A stretch of DNA of 64,000 bases from the NCBI RefSeq assembly GCF_036321535.1, contig NC_087436.1:32676001-32740000 (forward strand), read 5' to 3'. The translations under genes and the position numbers were made by a program. Shown here piece by piece: positions 51,180 through 62,584 of this stretch. Below the pieces are notes generated by a model. That model was given only the letters and a program-made list of their open reading frames with translations, was not told the DNA's origin and did no database searches. Numbering within the stretch: position 1 is the first letter of the stretch; each line of letters begins with the position of its first letter. Origin of the DNA: Camelus dromedarius (taxonomy: Eukaryota).

Positions 51180-54100
51180 TTAGATTCCACATATGAGCGA
51201 TCTCATATGGTATTTTTCTTTCTCTTTCTGGCTTACTTCACTTAGAATGACATTCTCCAGGAGCATCCATGTTGCTGCAAATGGCATTATGTTGTCGGTT
51301 TTTATGGCTGAGTAGTATTCCATTGTATAAATATACCACCTCTTCTTTATCCAGTCACCTGTTGATGGACATTTAGGCTGTTTCCATGTTTTGGCTATTG
51401 TAAACAGTGCTGCTATGAACGTTGGGGTGCAGGTGTCATCCTGAAGTAGATTTCCTTCTGGATACAAGCCCAGGAGTGGGATTCCTGGGTCATATGGTAA
51501 GTCTATTCCTAGTCTTTTGAGGAATCTCCACACTGTTTTCCACAGTGGCTGCACCAAACTGCATTCCCACCAGCAGTGTAGGAGGGTTCCCCTTTCTCCA
51601 CAGCCTCTCCAGCATTTGTCATTTGTGGATTTTTGAATGACGGCCATTCTGACTGGTGTGAGGTGATACCTCATTGTAGTTTTGATTTGCATTTCTCTGA
51701 TAATTAGTGATACTGAGCATTTTTTCATGTGCTTTTTGATCATTTGTATGTCTTCCTTGGAGAATTGCTTGTTTAGGTCTTCTGCCCATTTTTGGATTGA
51801 GTTGTTTATTTTTTCTTATTGAGTCGTATGAGCTGCTTATATATTCTGGAGATCAAGCCTTTGTCGGTTTCACTTGCAAAAATTTTCTCCCATTCCGTAG
51901 GTTTTCTTCTTGTTTTACTTCTGGTTTCCTTTGCTGTGCAGAAGCTTGTAAGTTTCATTAGGTCCCATTTGTTTATTCTTGCTTTTATTTCTTCTAGGAG
52001 AAAATTTTTGAGATGTATGTCAGATAATGTTTTGCCTATGTTTTCCTCTAGGAGGTTTATTGTATCTTGTCTTATGTTTAAGTCTTTAAACCATTTTGAG
52101 TTGATTTTTGTATATGGTGTAAGGGAGTGTTCTAGCTTCATTGTTTTACATGCTGCTGTCCAGTTTTCCCAACACCATTTGCTGAAGAGACTGTCTTTGT
52201 TCCAATGTATATTCTTGCCTCCTTTGTCAAAGATGAGTTGACCAAAAGTTTGTGGGTTCATTTCTGGGCTCTCTATTCTGTTCCATTGGTCTATATGTCT
52301 GTTTTGGTACCAGTACCATGCTGTCTTGATGACTGTAGCTCTATAGTATTGTCTGAAGTCTGGGAGAGTTATTCCTCCAGCCTCTTTCTTTCTCTTCAGT
52401 AATGCTTTGGCAATTCTACGTCTTTGATGGTTCCATATGAATTTTATTATGATTTGTTCTAGTTCTGTGAAATATGTCCTGGGTAATTGGATAGGGATTG
52501 CATGAAATCTGTAGATTGCCTTGGGCAGTGTGACCATTTTAACAATATTGATTCTTCCAATCCAAGAGCATGGAATATCTTTCCATTTTTTAAAGTCTTC
52601 TTTAACTTCCTTCATCAATGGTTTATAGTTTTCTGTGTATAATTCTTTCACCTCCTTGGTTAGATTTATTCCCAGATATTTTATTACTTTGGGTGCTATT
52701 TTAAAGGGGATTGTTTCTTTACTTTCTTCTTCTGTTGATTTATCGTTAGTGTAAGGAAATGCAACTGATTTTTGAACGTTAATCTTGCAACCTGCTACCT
52801 TGCTGAATTCTTCAATCAGCTCTAGTAGCTTTTGTGTGGACCTTTTAGGGTTTTCTATATATAGTAACATGTCATCAGCATATAATGACACTTTTACCTC
52901 TTCTTTTCCAATTTGGATCCCTTTTATTTCTTTCTCTTGCCTGACTGCTGTGGCTAGGACTTCCAGGACTATGTTGAATAGGAGTGGTGATAGTGGGCAT
53001 CCTTGTCTTGTCCCAGATTTTAGTGGGAAGCTTTTGAGTTTTTCACCGTTGAGTACTATGCTGGCTGTAGGTTTGTCATATATAGCTTTTATTATGTTGA
53101 GATACGTTCCCTCTATACCCACTTTGGCGAGAGTTTTTATCATAAATGGGTGTTGAATTTTATCAGATGCTTTTTCTGCATCGATTGAGATGATCATGTG
53201 GTTTTTGTCCTTTCTCTTGTTGATGTGATGTATTACACTGATTGATTTGCGTATGTTGAACCAGCCTTGTGTCCCTGGGATGAACCCCACTTGGTCATGA
53301 TGTATAATCTTTTTTATGTGTTGTTGGATTCTATTTGCTAAAATTTTGGTGAGGATTTTGGCGTCTATGTTCATCAGTGATATTGGCCTATAATTCTCTT
53401 TTTTTGTAGTGTCTTTGCCTGGTTTTGGTATCAGGGTGATGGTGACTTCATAGAATGAGTTTGGGAGTATTCCCTCCTTTTCGATCGTCTGGAAGAGTTT
53501 GAGAAGGACTGGTATGAGTTCTTCTTTGTATGTTTGGTAGAATTCCCCGGTGAAGCCGTCCGGTCCTGGACTTTTATTTGTAGGGAGGTTTTTAATTGCT
53601 ATTTCTATTTCCTTTCTAGTGATCGGATTGTTCAAGCGTTCAGATTCTTCTCGATTCAGTTTTGGTGGACAGTATGTTTCCAGAAACTTGTCCATCTCCT
53701 CTAGGTTATCCAGTTTGGTTCCATATAGTTTTTCATAATATTCTCGTATGATATTCTGTATTTCTATTTTGTTTGTTGTAATTTCTCCATTTTCCTTTCT
53801 TATTTTGCTAATTTGTGCTCTCTCTTTTTTCTTCTTTGTGAGTTTGGCCAGAGGTTTGTCGATTTTATTTACTTTTTCAAAAAACCAGCTTTTGGTTTGG
53901 TTGATTTTTTCTATGGTCTTGTTAATCTCTATTGTATTTAATTCCTCTCTGATCTTTATTATTTCCTTCCTTCTGCTGCTTTTTGGGGCTTTTTGTTCTT
54001 CTTTTTCTAATTCATTCAGCTGGTGGGTTAAATTGTTTACTTGAGATTGTTCTTCTTTTTTGAGGAAGGCCTGTATCGCTATAAACTTCCCTCTTAGCAC

Positions 54101-54923
54101 TGCCTTTGCTGTGTCCCATAGGTTTTGAGTGGTTGTGCTTTCATTATCATTTGTCTCAAGGTATTTTTTAATTTCAGCTTTGATTTCCTCATTGATCCAT
54201 TGTTTTTTCAATAACATATTGTTTAATCTCCATGCTTTCCTTTTTTTCTCCTTTGTTTCTCTGTTGTTGATTTCCAGTTTCATGGCATTGTGGTCAGTAA
54301 AGATGCTTGAGATAATTTCTATCTTCTTAAAATTGTTGAGGTTTCTTTTGTGCCCAAGTGCATGATCGATCCTGGAAAATGTTCCATGTGCACTTGAAAA
54401 GAATGTATATCCTATTTTTGGGGGGTGTTGCCTTGTTTATTTTCTGTCTGGAAGATCTGTCTAGTGATGTTAATGCAGTGTTAAAATCTCCAACTATGAT
54501 TGTATTCCCATCAATATCCCCCTTTATCTCTGTTAGTAATTCTTGTATGTACTTAGGTGCTCCTATATTGGGTGCATATATATTAACGAGTGTAATATCC
54601 TCATCTTGTATCACTCCTTTAATCATTATAAAATGTCCTTCTTTATCTTTCTTTATGGCCTTTGTTTTAAAGTCTATTTTGTCTGAAATCAGTACTGCAA
54701 CACCTGCTTTTTTGGCTTTTCCATTTGCATGGAATATCCTTTTCCATCCTTTCACTCTCAATCTATATGTGTCCTTCTCCCTAAAGTGGGTGTCTTGTAT
54801 GCAGCATATTGAAGGTTCTTGCTTTATTATCCAGTCTGCTACTCTGACTCTGTGTCTTTTGACTGGAGCATTTAGTCCATTAACATTTACAGTAATTAAT
54901 GATGGATGTGTGTTTATTGCCAT
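51180..54923 (-). pseudogene. L1 ORF2 (endonuclease, reverse transcriptase, CCHC), broken by two frameshifts
   Basis: EN motifs (NVNGLN, VGDFN) in 54327-54923, RT motifs (QGCPLSP, YADD) in 51806-54283 and CCHC knuckle CWRGC...HCWWEC in 51180-51743. Lesions are a deletion with frameshift at ~54428 and a 1-bp loss in an A-run at ~51810. Confidence 0.95.
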
Positions 54924-55327
54924 TTTGAACTTATCTTTGCAGTTGAATTGGTATATCCTCTTTGTTCCTTTCTTCTTCCTTTTGTGGTTTGGTAATTTTC
55001 CTTTGTATTATCATGGATTTTATTTAATTTTTGTGACTCCTTTGTAAATTTTTGGCTTGTGGTTACCCTTTTTTGTAAATCTATCAACCCATTACTATAA
55101 CTGTTTTTATTAAACTGATAGTAACATGATCTCAAAGCCATCCTACTGTTAAAAAAATTTAAAAAAGAAAGAAAAAAATATTCTATATTCCCCTGCCTCC
55201 CTCTCCCACTCTCAGTGATTTGTATGTCTTCTTTTATAATTTCATGTTTACTTTATTTGTAATTCATGAGTTATCACCTTTCCAGTTGTGTGTTTCTCAT
55301 TTCTGTAGCATCCTGCTGCTTTTCTAT

Positions 55328-56230
55328 TTAGAATATCCCTTTCAATATTTCTTTTAGCATGGGTTTAGTGTTGCTAAACTCCTGCAGCTTTTTTCTGTCT
55401 GTGAAACTCTTTATTTCTCCTTCTATCCTCAAGGATAGCCTTGCTGGATAAAGGATCCTAGGCTGCATCTTTTTTTCATTCAGGGCTTTGAATATATCTT
55501 GCCACTCCCTTCTGGCCTGTAGTGTTTGTGTAGAGAAATCAGCTGAGAGCCTTATGGGGGTTCCCTTGTAACTTACTCTTTGCTTTTCTCTTGCTGCCTT
55601 TAGAATCATTTCTTTATCCTTGACTCTGGCCATCTTGATTATTATATGTCTTGGTGTGGGTCTATTTGGGTTCTTCCTGTTTGGGACCCTCTGAGCTTCC
55701 TGTACTTGGATATCTGATTCCTTCTTTAAGTTTGGGAAGTTTTCAGTCATGATTTCTTCAAAAACCTTTTCCATCCCCTTTGATCTTTCTTCTCCTTCTG
55801 GGACCCCTATGATGTGAAGATTGGGACGCTTTATATTATCCCATAGGTCCCTTATGCTATTTTCATTATTTTTTATTTGCTTCTCTTGTAGTTCTTCTGA
55901 ATGGGTGCTTTCTATTGCCCTGTCTTCTAGATCACTAATTCGTTCCTCTGCATTATCTAGTCGGCTTTGCACAGCTATTAGATCATTCCTCATCTCTGTC
56001 AATGAGTTTACCCATTCTACTTGGCTCTTCTTTATAGCTTCAATTTCATTTTTGACATATTTTATATCTCTAAACACTATCTCTTTTAATTCCTTCAGCA
56101 ATTCGATCACTCCTTTTTTGAAATCTTGATCTAGTAGGCTATCGATGTCCATTTCGTTGATCTTTCTTTCAGGGGATTTCTCTTGTTCTTTTAATTGGGA
56201 AAGGTTTTTCTGCTTCTTCATCTTGCTCAT
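55328..56230 (-). CDS. L1 ORF1p (coiled coil, RRM, CTD), intact, 300 aa
   Basis: Uninterrupted ORF with L1 ORF1 motifs WDNIKRPNL.IIGVPE, ENFPNL, TPRHIIIK, IRLSADFS, ARREW and YPARLS. Confidence 0.95.
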   Translation of the reverse strand: MSKMKKQKNLSQLKEQEKSPERKINEMDIDSLLDQDFKKGVIELLKELKEIVFRDIKYVKNEIEAIKKSQVEWVNSLTEMRNDLIAVQSRLDNAEERISDLEDRAIESTHSEELQEKQIKNNENSIRDLWDNIKRPNLHIIGVPEGEERSKGMEKVFEEIMTENFPNLKKESDIQVQEAQRVPNRKNPNRPTPRHIIIKMARVKDKEMILKAAREKQRVSYKGTPIRLSADFSTQTLQARREWQDIFKALNEKKMQPRILYPARLSLRIEGEIKSFTDRKKLQEFSNTKPMLKEILKGIF

Positions 56231-57918
56231 ACCTCTTTGGCACTGTGGTGTATGGAGTATCAGTTGTTTATTTTGGTCCTTAAGGATTTTATCTATCTGA
56301 TGCCTATTTAGGAATAAAACTTAGGAAAAACAGAAAAAAAAAAATAAGAGAGAGAGAGAGAATTTTAAAAGAAGGGAGAAAGAGGGTTTGAAAACAGTGT
56401 ATAATGAATAATAGAAGAGTGAGTTGAAGCAGAGTATTAATCGGGTTGAGACGTCCTTTTAAAACCTTTACAAAAAAAGGGGGGGGGGGAGATGAATAGA
56501 TGTATTTGAAACCTGTGTCTAATCAATAGCAGGACATCAAAACCCAAGAGAAATAGAAATGAATTAAGAAGTAAAGATTAAGAGAGTAATAGAAAATAGA
56601 ACAGGTAAAAACATTTAAAAAAAAAAGGGGGGGGGGTTTGTCGGTGTTCTCCTGGAGTCTGTGTGCTTTTAATGTGAAGTCTTTCTGTCTTCGTCCTGTT
56701 TTGGAAGCTCAGCTTGCTGTTTTCAGAGGCCCTCCATTGGCGCCCTCTTCTGTGCTGCTCCCAGCACCTGTCAGCAAGCATATCGTGCCTCCTCCTAACA
56801 CTGGGTCAGGTGCAGCTCTCTGCTGTGGGTGGGCGGGTCGCTGCCCCTCCGGATGCCGCAGTCAGATGTTGCAGACTGGCCAGGTAGGAGGGCGGGTCGT
56901 GCCTCCTCCCAGCACCTCGGTCAGGGGCTTTGTCCTGCCCGAAAGGTGGGGGGCCGCTCTCGCTCTACCTGTGCTGCCGGTAGCTCCGCTGCTCTGTGCG
57001 GCTGTGCGTTCCGCCCTGGTAGGCGCTCCGCCCTGGTCGGCGCTCCGCGGGTGGGCTCGGGAAGACCGAGGGACAGCCCTGTCCCTGCTCCGAGCCAAAA
57101 CCCAGCTGCTTGTTTGTCTTTGTGGAGCAAGTTCTCTGAGGGACCAGGATGGAAGGATCCTATCTGCCCCGGGCTGCAGGCCAGTCTCAGTCTGGCCTTT
57201 GCGGCTGCTAAGCCCTTTGGTGCGGATGCAGGTTTCGCCCCCGCCCCCGCCTGAGTGCTCAGTGCGGAGGATATGGTGGCTGTGCCTGAGCCCCGCCTCT
57301 CTTCCCCCGAAAACTTTCCGCGGGTTTTCAGAGATGGGAGTGTGCACCCTTCCCCCTAGAGCACCTCAACCTTGCTGTTTTATGGAGGGCCCAGGTGGTT
57401 CTGCCCTGTGCACCCACAGCCTCGGCGCGCACCCCCCTGTAGTCCCCCGGGGCAAACTCCGTGCAGCCACTTCTGTCCTCCGCCCGGCTTGTGCAGCCTG
57501 GCCCTGCCCGCGGCTGCCGGCCCGCGTCTCAGGCTGGGTGTCGGGGGGACGCTCTATGCCCCTTTAACTTAGTTCTGTTAGTCAAGGGCTGCTCTGTACA
57601 GATCTGAGCCTCGGAGGCTCCCCCTCCGTCCCGCTGGCCTCTCAGTTGGAGAGGGGAGACCCAGCGAGCGAGCGCCGGTCCTCCTTTGCCGCTCCCTCCC
57701 CGCGGGACCCGTCCTGCGCTGCTTTGCCTTTTGCTCTTTCTTTTTTCCTTTTCTCCTACCAGATTTTTGGCGTCTTTATCTTTTGAAGAGGGCGATGTTC
57801 TGTCGGAGTTCCACAGGTGCTCTGGTTGGCTGAGTGGGTCTGTAGATGTGGGTCTTGGTGTATTTGTGGGAGAGGGTGACCTGCGAGCGTCCTTCTACTC
57901 TGCCATCTTCTCCGTCTC
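56231..57918 (-). promoter_or_regulatory. L1 5' UTR with CpG-rich internal promoter
   Basis: GC/CpG-rich from ~56830 to 57918. YY1-like AAGATGGC near the 5' end. Low-complexity segment ~56300-56640 upstream of ORF1. Confidence 0.85.
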
Positions 57919-58299
57919 AATAGGGTTCTTTTTGAAAGTTTTCTTGATGGTCCTGAATTTGACTTTTTGATTTTTGTATTGGTAGCTTAGTTTTGGGAGT
58001 CTATAGGTTTTTTTTTTCTCTTTTCTTTTTGAGTCTATAGTTTTAAGAGACTTAACAAACCCATAAGTTCTTTATTTCCAGTGCAGTGAAAAATCTTAAA
58101 AATGAACCAGAGTGAACTGCGTGTATTTATTGTTGGTGCATATAATTAAGGAATTATGTGTTGGATGGACATGCTAGAATGGCAGTTGATGGCACAATGA
58201 TTAAAGTAATAATGATTGAAAGACCTGAAAGCATCCCAGATTCAAAGAGTATGTGATCTGAAGACAGTGTATACCCATTGAATTGTTTCCAAATTTAGG

Positions 58300-58410
58300 T
58301 ATCAGAAAATTCTTTACTTCTCTGAAACTCAGTTTCCTCATCTGTAAAATGGGATGATAATTCCTTTTGATTGGGATTGTTGTAAGGATTAAATTAGATA
58401 ATTTATTTTT
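58300..58410 (+). mobile_element. MIR core
   Basis: CTCAGTTTCCTCATCTGTAAAATGGGATGATAAT...TGTAAGGATTAAATTAGATAA. Confidence 0.75.
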
Positions 58411-61016
58411 ATTGCCTGAGTGTGTAATATATAGAAACCAGGGGAGAATAGGTCTTAACTAGAGTCTAACTGAGCTCTAGACATGCCTGGTGAGGTGATT
58501 CAAAAGTATTACCAGAAATTTATTTACAGGGACACTATTAAGCCTCCTGGCAAACATCTCTGGTCATTTGAGTAAAATGGAGATCCTAATTTTTTGAATG
58601 GTATCTTCTACTTGGATTTTCCTTCTGGCCCAGTATTTCATATCTGCATATATTGGAGAGTGTGAGTTGATGCAGACATAAAAAGAGAAAGAGCAGTTCA
58701 TAGAAAACTTTGTGCAACATTATGGATATCAGCAGGACGATCCCTTTTTCTTATAAGTTAAGGGAAATATTTTCTCCCACTTTGTCACAGACTGTTATAC
58801 AGCACTGACACCTTAAAGCTATGCTTCCCAGTGTTTTCCGATGTCATGACAAAACATGGAAACTAATTTTTATGGAACCTTGAAGGTACTGGAATAGTTC
58901 AGAGTCATTGCTTTGGTGCTTGATGAAAAAGTTGAGATGAGGTCAAAGATAAGGTTAGTACACAAAGCTTTGACTGAGAGATACTGTACTTCTACTAGGG
59001 ATGGAAACAACTTTTGGCTCCAGGCTATATAGCCAACCCAAAGCAGAACACAAGATCAGTTACATGATTCACAGTATTCATGACATAAAAATAGTTCAGG
59101 GGGGCTTTATTTTGATTATTTTGATAGTGAGGTCAGAATGAAACCTCACTCGAGACTTCATAGTGAGGACACTGTGAGATATGGTAAATACAAATGTCTT
59201 TAGCATCATATTTATGATAAATACACTGAGAAACTTCATAGGGATCTAAATAAAATCATCAGGATAGCTTGACATTAATTCAAATCATTATTCCAGAAAA
59301 TAAATTCTATGATGTGTGTATGGTAGAATCTAATGTAATGCATTTGGATACTCAGTTGTATGGTGGTCTGGTATTTAATCCAAGAGTAACTTTTAGAATG
59401 GAATATTTCTAATAAGAATCCCTTTTCATGCTTTTGTAGAACACAGATACCTAGGCCCACCCTCCAAAATTCTGATTCCTTTGGCCTTGGGTAGTGTCTA
59501 GGCATGGGCAAGAATAACGGATGCATGACATTTTCTTCAGATAGTCCTCCATAGATATTATTTCTCTCTACTAAGTTTGTTATGGGTATGACACAACAAT
59601 AAATTTCAGAATATATTTCCTGAAAAATGCTTGATTCGTATCTATTTTATAATTTAAATCAAGTACAGAGTTTTAACAATCAGCTGACCTGCAGATGGGA
59701 GTGGCAATATAATATCTTCACCAACAGTTGTTACTATCTTTTTGATTTTAGTCATCCTAGTGGCTGTGAAGTGGCCCTGATGGCTAATCATGACTAATAA
59801 TGGCCATTTCTACAATTTTTTGGAGCAATGTTTATAAAGATCCTTTGCACATTTTTAGATTTTGTTATTTATCCTTTATTTTTGAGTCCTAAGAGTTCTT
59901 TACAATTCTAGATACAAGTCCCTTACCAGATATATGATTTGCAAATATTTTCTCCCAGTCTGGATTATTTTTTTACTGTATGGATGTGATCTTTTGTAGC
60001 AAACGAGTTTTTAATTTCGATGAAGTCTAACTTACATATTTTTCCTTTTGTTGCTTATGCTTTTGGTATCATATAAAAAAAGAAACCATTGCCAAATCCA
60101 ATGTCTCGAAGATGTACTATTTTTTCCTAAGAGTTTTATAGTTTTAGCTCTTTCATTTATGTCTGTGATCCATTTTGAGTTAATTTTTGTGTGCTATGTG
60201 AAAGCATTCAGTTTAATTTCTTCTTGCATAATGTATGTTTTGTTGTCTCATTACCATTTGTTGAAAAGACTGTTCTTTCCTTATAGAATTGCCTTTGCAC
60301 ATTTAATAAAAAATCAGTTTACTGTAAACATAAGAGTTTATTTCTGGACTTTCAATTTTATTCCTTTAATCTATATGTCTATCCTCATGCCAGTATCATA
60401 CTGTCTTGATTACTGTAGCTTTGTAGTAAGTGTTGAAATTGGGAGTCCTACTTTGTTATTCTTTTCCAGGATTGCTTTGGATATTCTGAGTCATTTAAAA
60501 TTCCATATGAACTTTAGGATTAACTTGTCAATTGGTGCCAAAAAGTCAGTTGGGATTTTGTAAGGATTGTGTTGAATCTGTAGGTCTTGCCATCTTAACA
60601 ATATTAAGTCTACTAAATGCTTACTTGGGTCTCTCTACTTACTTTCTTAAATTTCTTTCAGTAATTTATACTTTTTAGAGTATAAGCTTTGTGCCTTTTG
60701 TTGTTAAATTTTTTCCTAAGTATTCTATTCATTTTGATGCTACATAAATTGAATTTTATTAACTTCATTTTTAGATTGTTCATTCCTAGTGTATAGAAAT
60801 TCAAGTGATTATTGTATATTGATCTTGTATGCTATAACATTGTTGAACTTGTCTATTAGTTCTAATAGGTTTTTAGTAGGTTCTTTAGGGTTTTCTGTAT
60901 ACAAAAAATCATTATACATAAGTAGAAATAGGTATACATTCTTCTTTCCTTTCTAGATGCCTTTTAGTTTGTCTTCTTGCCTAATTGCTCTAGATAGACC
61001 CTCCAATACAATTTTT

Positions 61017-61583
61017 TTTATTTTTCTGTTTTATTCGGTAGAATTGTTACAGTTTGACTGATTGCATGTAAATACATATATACTATATACTGCACATATT
61101 TTTTAAAATTTACATATATGTACTGTTCATTGTTTCTAAGAACATGAAGAGCTTTCGCTTTTTACACTTAAATAGTTATCAAAGGAATAAAGCTAACTAC
61201 AAGATAAGAATTAATTCAAAAAGATACATAAACCTTGCCATTAACAGCAACATTATTTTTAATTGCCAAGATATGGACACATCCTAAGTGCACATCAATA
61301 GATGAATGAATAAAAAAGATGCAGCATATATAAATAATGGAATACAACTCACCCGTAAGAAAGAAGGATATTTTCCCATTTGTGGCCTCTCCTTCACTTT
61401 TTTTTTCCACTTCAAAAACCAGAATTTTATAACTGGCATAGACATTTCCATTGCATCAAAAACAACAAAATACATAGAAATAAACTTAACCAAGGAGGTT
61501 ACCTAAACTCTGAAAACTGTAAAACATTGATGAAGGAAATTGAAGATGATACAAAGAAATGGAAAGATATTTTGTGCTCTTGG
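61017..61583 (-). other. TSD-flanked polyadenylated retrocopy or orphan transduction
   Basis: TSD TCCAATACAATTTTT at 61002-61016 and 61584-61598. Minus-strand AATAAA at 61030-61035 lies just before the A tail. About 180 bp of non-L1 sequence plus oppositely oriented old L1 fragments. Confidence 0.6.
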
Positions 61584-61598
61584 TCCAATACAATTTTT

Positions 61599-62061
61599 TT
61601 AACATTTTTTATTGATTTATAATCATTTTACAATGTTGTGTCAAATTCCAGTGTTCAGCACAATTTTTCAGTCATACATGGACATATACACACTCATTGT
61701 CACATTTTTTTCTCTGTGAGCTACCATAACGTTTTGTGTATATTTCCCTGTGCTATACAGTATTATCTTGTATATCTATTCTACAATTTTGAAATCCCAG
61801 TCTATCCCTTCCCACCCTCCGCCCCCCGGGCAACCACAAGTCTGTATTCTCTGTCTATGAGTCTATTTCTGTCCTGTATTTACACTTTGTTTTTGTTTGT
61901 TTGTTTGTTTGTTTTTTAGATTCCACATATGAGCGATCTCATATAGTATTTTTCTTTCTCTTTCTGGCTTACTTCACTTACAATGACATTCTCCAGGAGC
62001 AACCATGTTGCTGCAAATGGCATTATGTTGTCAGTTTTTATGGCTGAGTAGTATTCCATTG
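61599..62061 (-). mobile_element. 5'-truncated young L1 3' end
   Basis: Near-identical to the 3' part of the full-length L1 but with the complete terminus. Exact 17-bp TSD GGTCCAATACAATTTTT at 61582-61598 and 62062-62078. Confidence 0.93.
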
Positions 62062-62584
62062 GGTCCAATACAATTTTTAATAGAAGTGTTGAGAGCAGAT
62101 ATCCTTGTCTTGTTCCTGATCTTAAGAGAAAAGCATTGAGTCTTTAACAATGATGTATGAAGCTAGCTGTGGGGTTTCCCAAGACGACCTTTATCAGGTT
62201 GAGGAAGTTCTCCTCTATTCCTTGTTTATTGAGTATTTTTATCATGAAGGAATGTTGAATTTTGTGGAATTCCTTTTCTGCATTAATTGAGATAATTAAG
62301 TGGTTTTTGTCCATTATTTTATTGATACAGTTTAATACATTAATTGGTCATGGTGTATAATCTTTTTTATATGCTAATGGATTAGGTTTGCTAGTATTTT
62401 GTTGAGGATTTTTGCTTCTATAAGAGATATTGATCTTCAGTTTTCTTGTGATGTCTTTCTGCTTTTGGTATCACAGAATAGTGGCCTCATAGATTGAACT
62501 GGGAGCTGTTCCCTCCTCTTCTATTTTGTGAAAGTGTGTGAAGTATTAATTTTGTATTAAGTACTAATGTTAATACTACTGTAT

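Larger units (their letters stand above)
50826..57918 (-). mobile_element. Full-length young LINE-1 insertion including a 3' transduction
   Basis: Order is 5' UTR (starts GAGACGGAGAAGATGGC), ORF1, spacer, ORF2, 3' UTR. Exact 15-bp TSD AATAGGGTTCTTTTT at 50811-50825 and 57919-57933. EN site TTTT/GA. Confidence 0.97.
59715..62580 (-). mobile_element. Old degenerate L1 ORF2 region, host to nested insertions
   Basis: Collinear with antisense ORF2 of the young L1. Reads continuously across the nested inserts: ...TAGACCCTCCAATACAATTTTT|AATAGAAGTGTTGAGAGCAGATATCCTTGTC. Confidence 0.85.

Noticed and set aside
51819..56129. Plus-strand ORFs up to 229 aa inside the L1
   Set aside because: These are antisense shadows of L1 ORF1/ORF2, a common artefact with no independent coding signal.
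60048..60563. 171-aa hydrophobic ORF
   Set aside because: Antisense reading of degenerate L1 ORF2.
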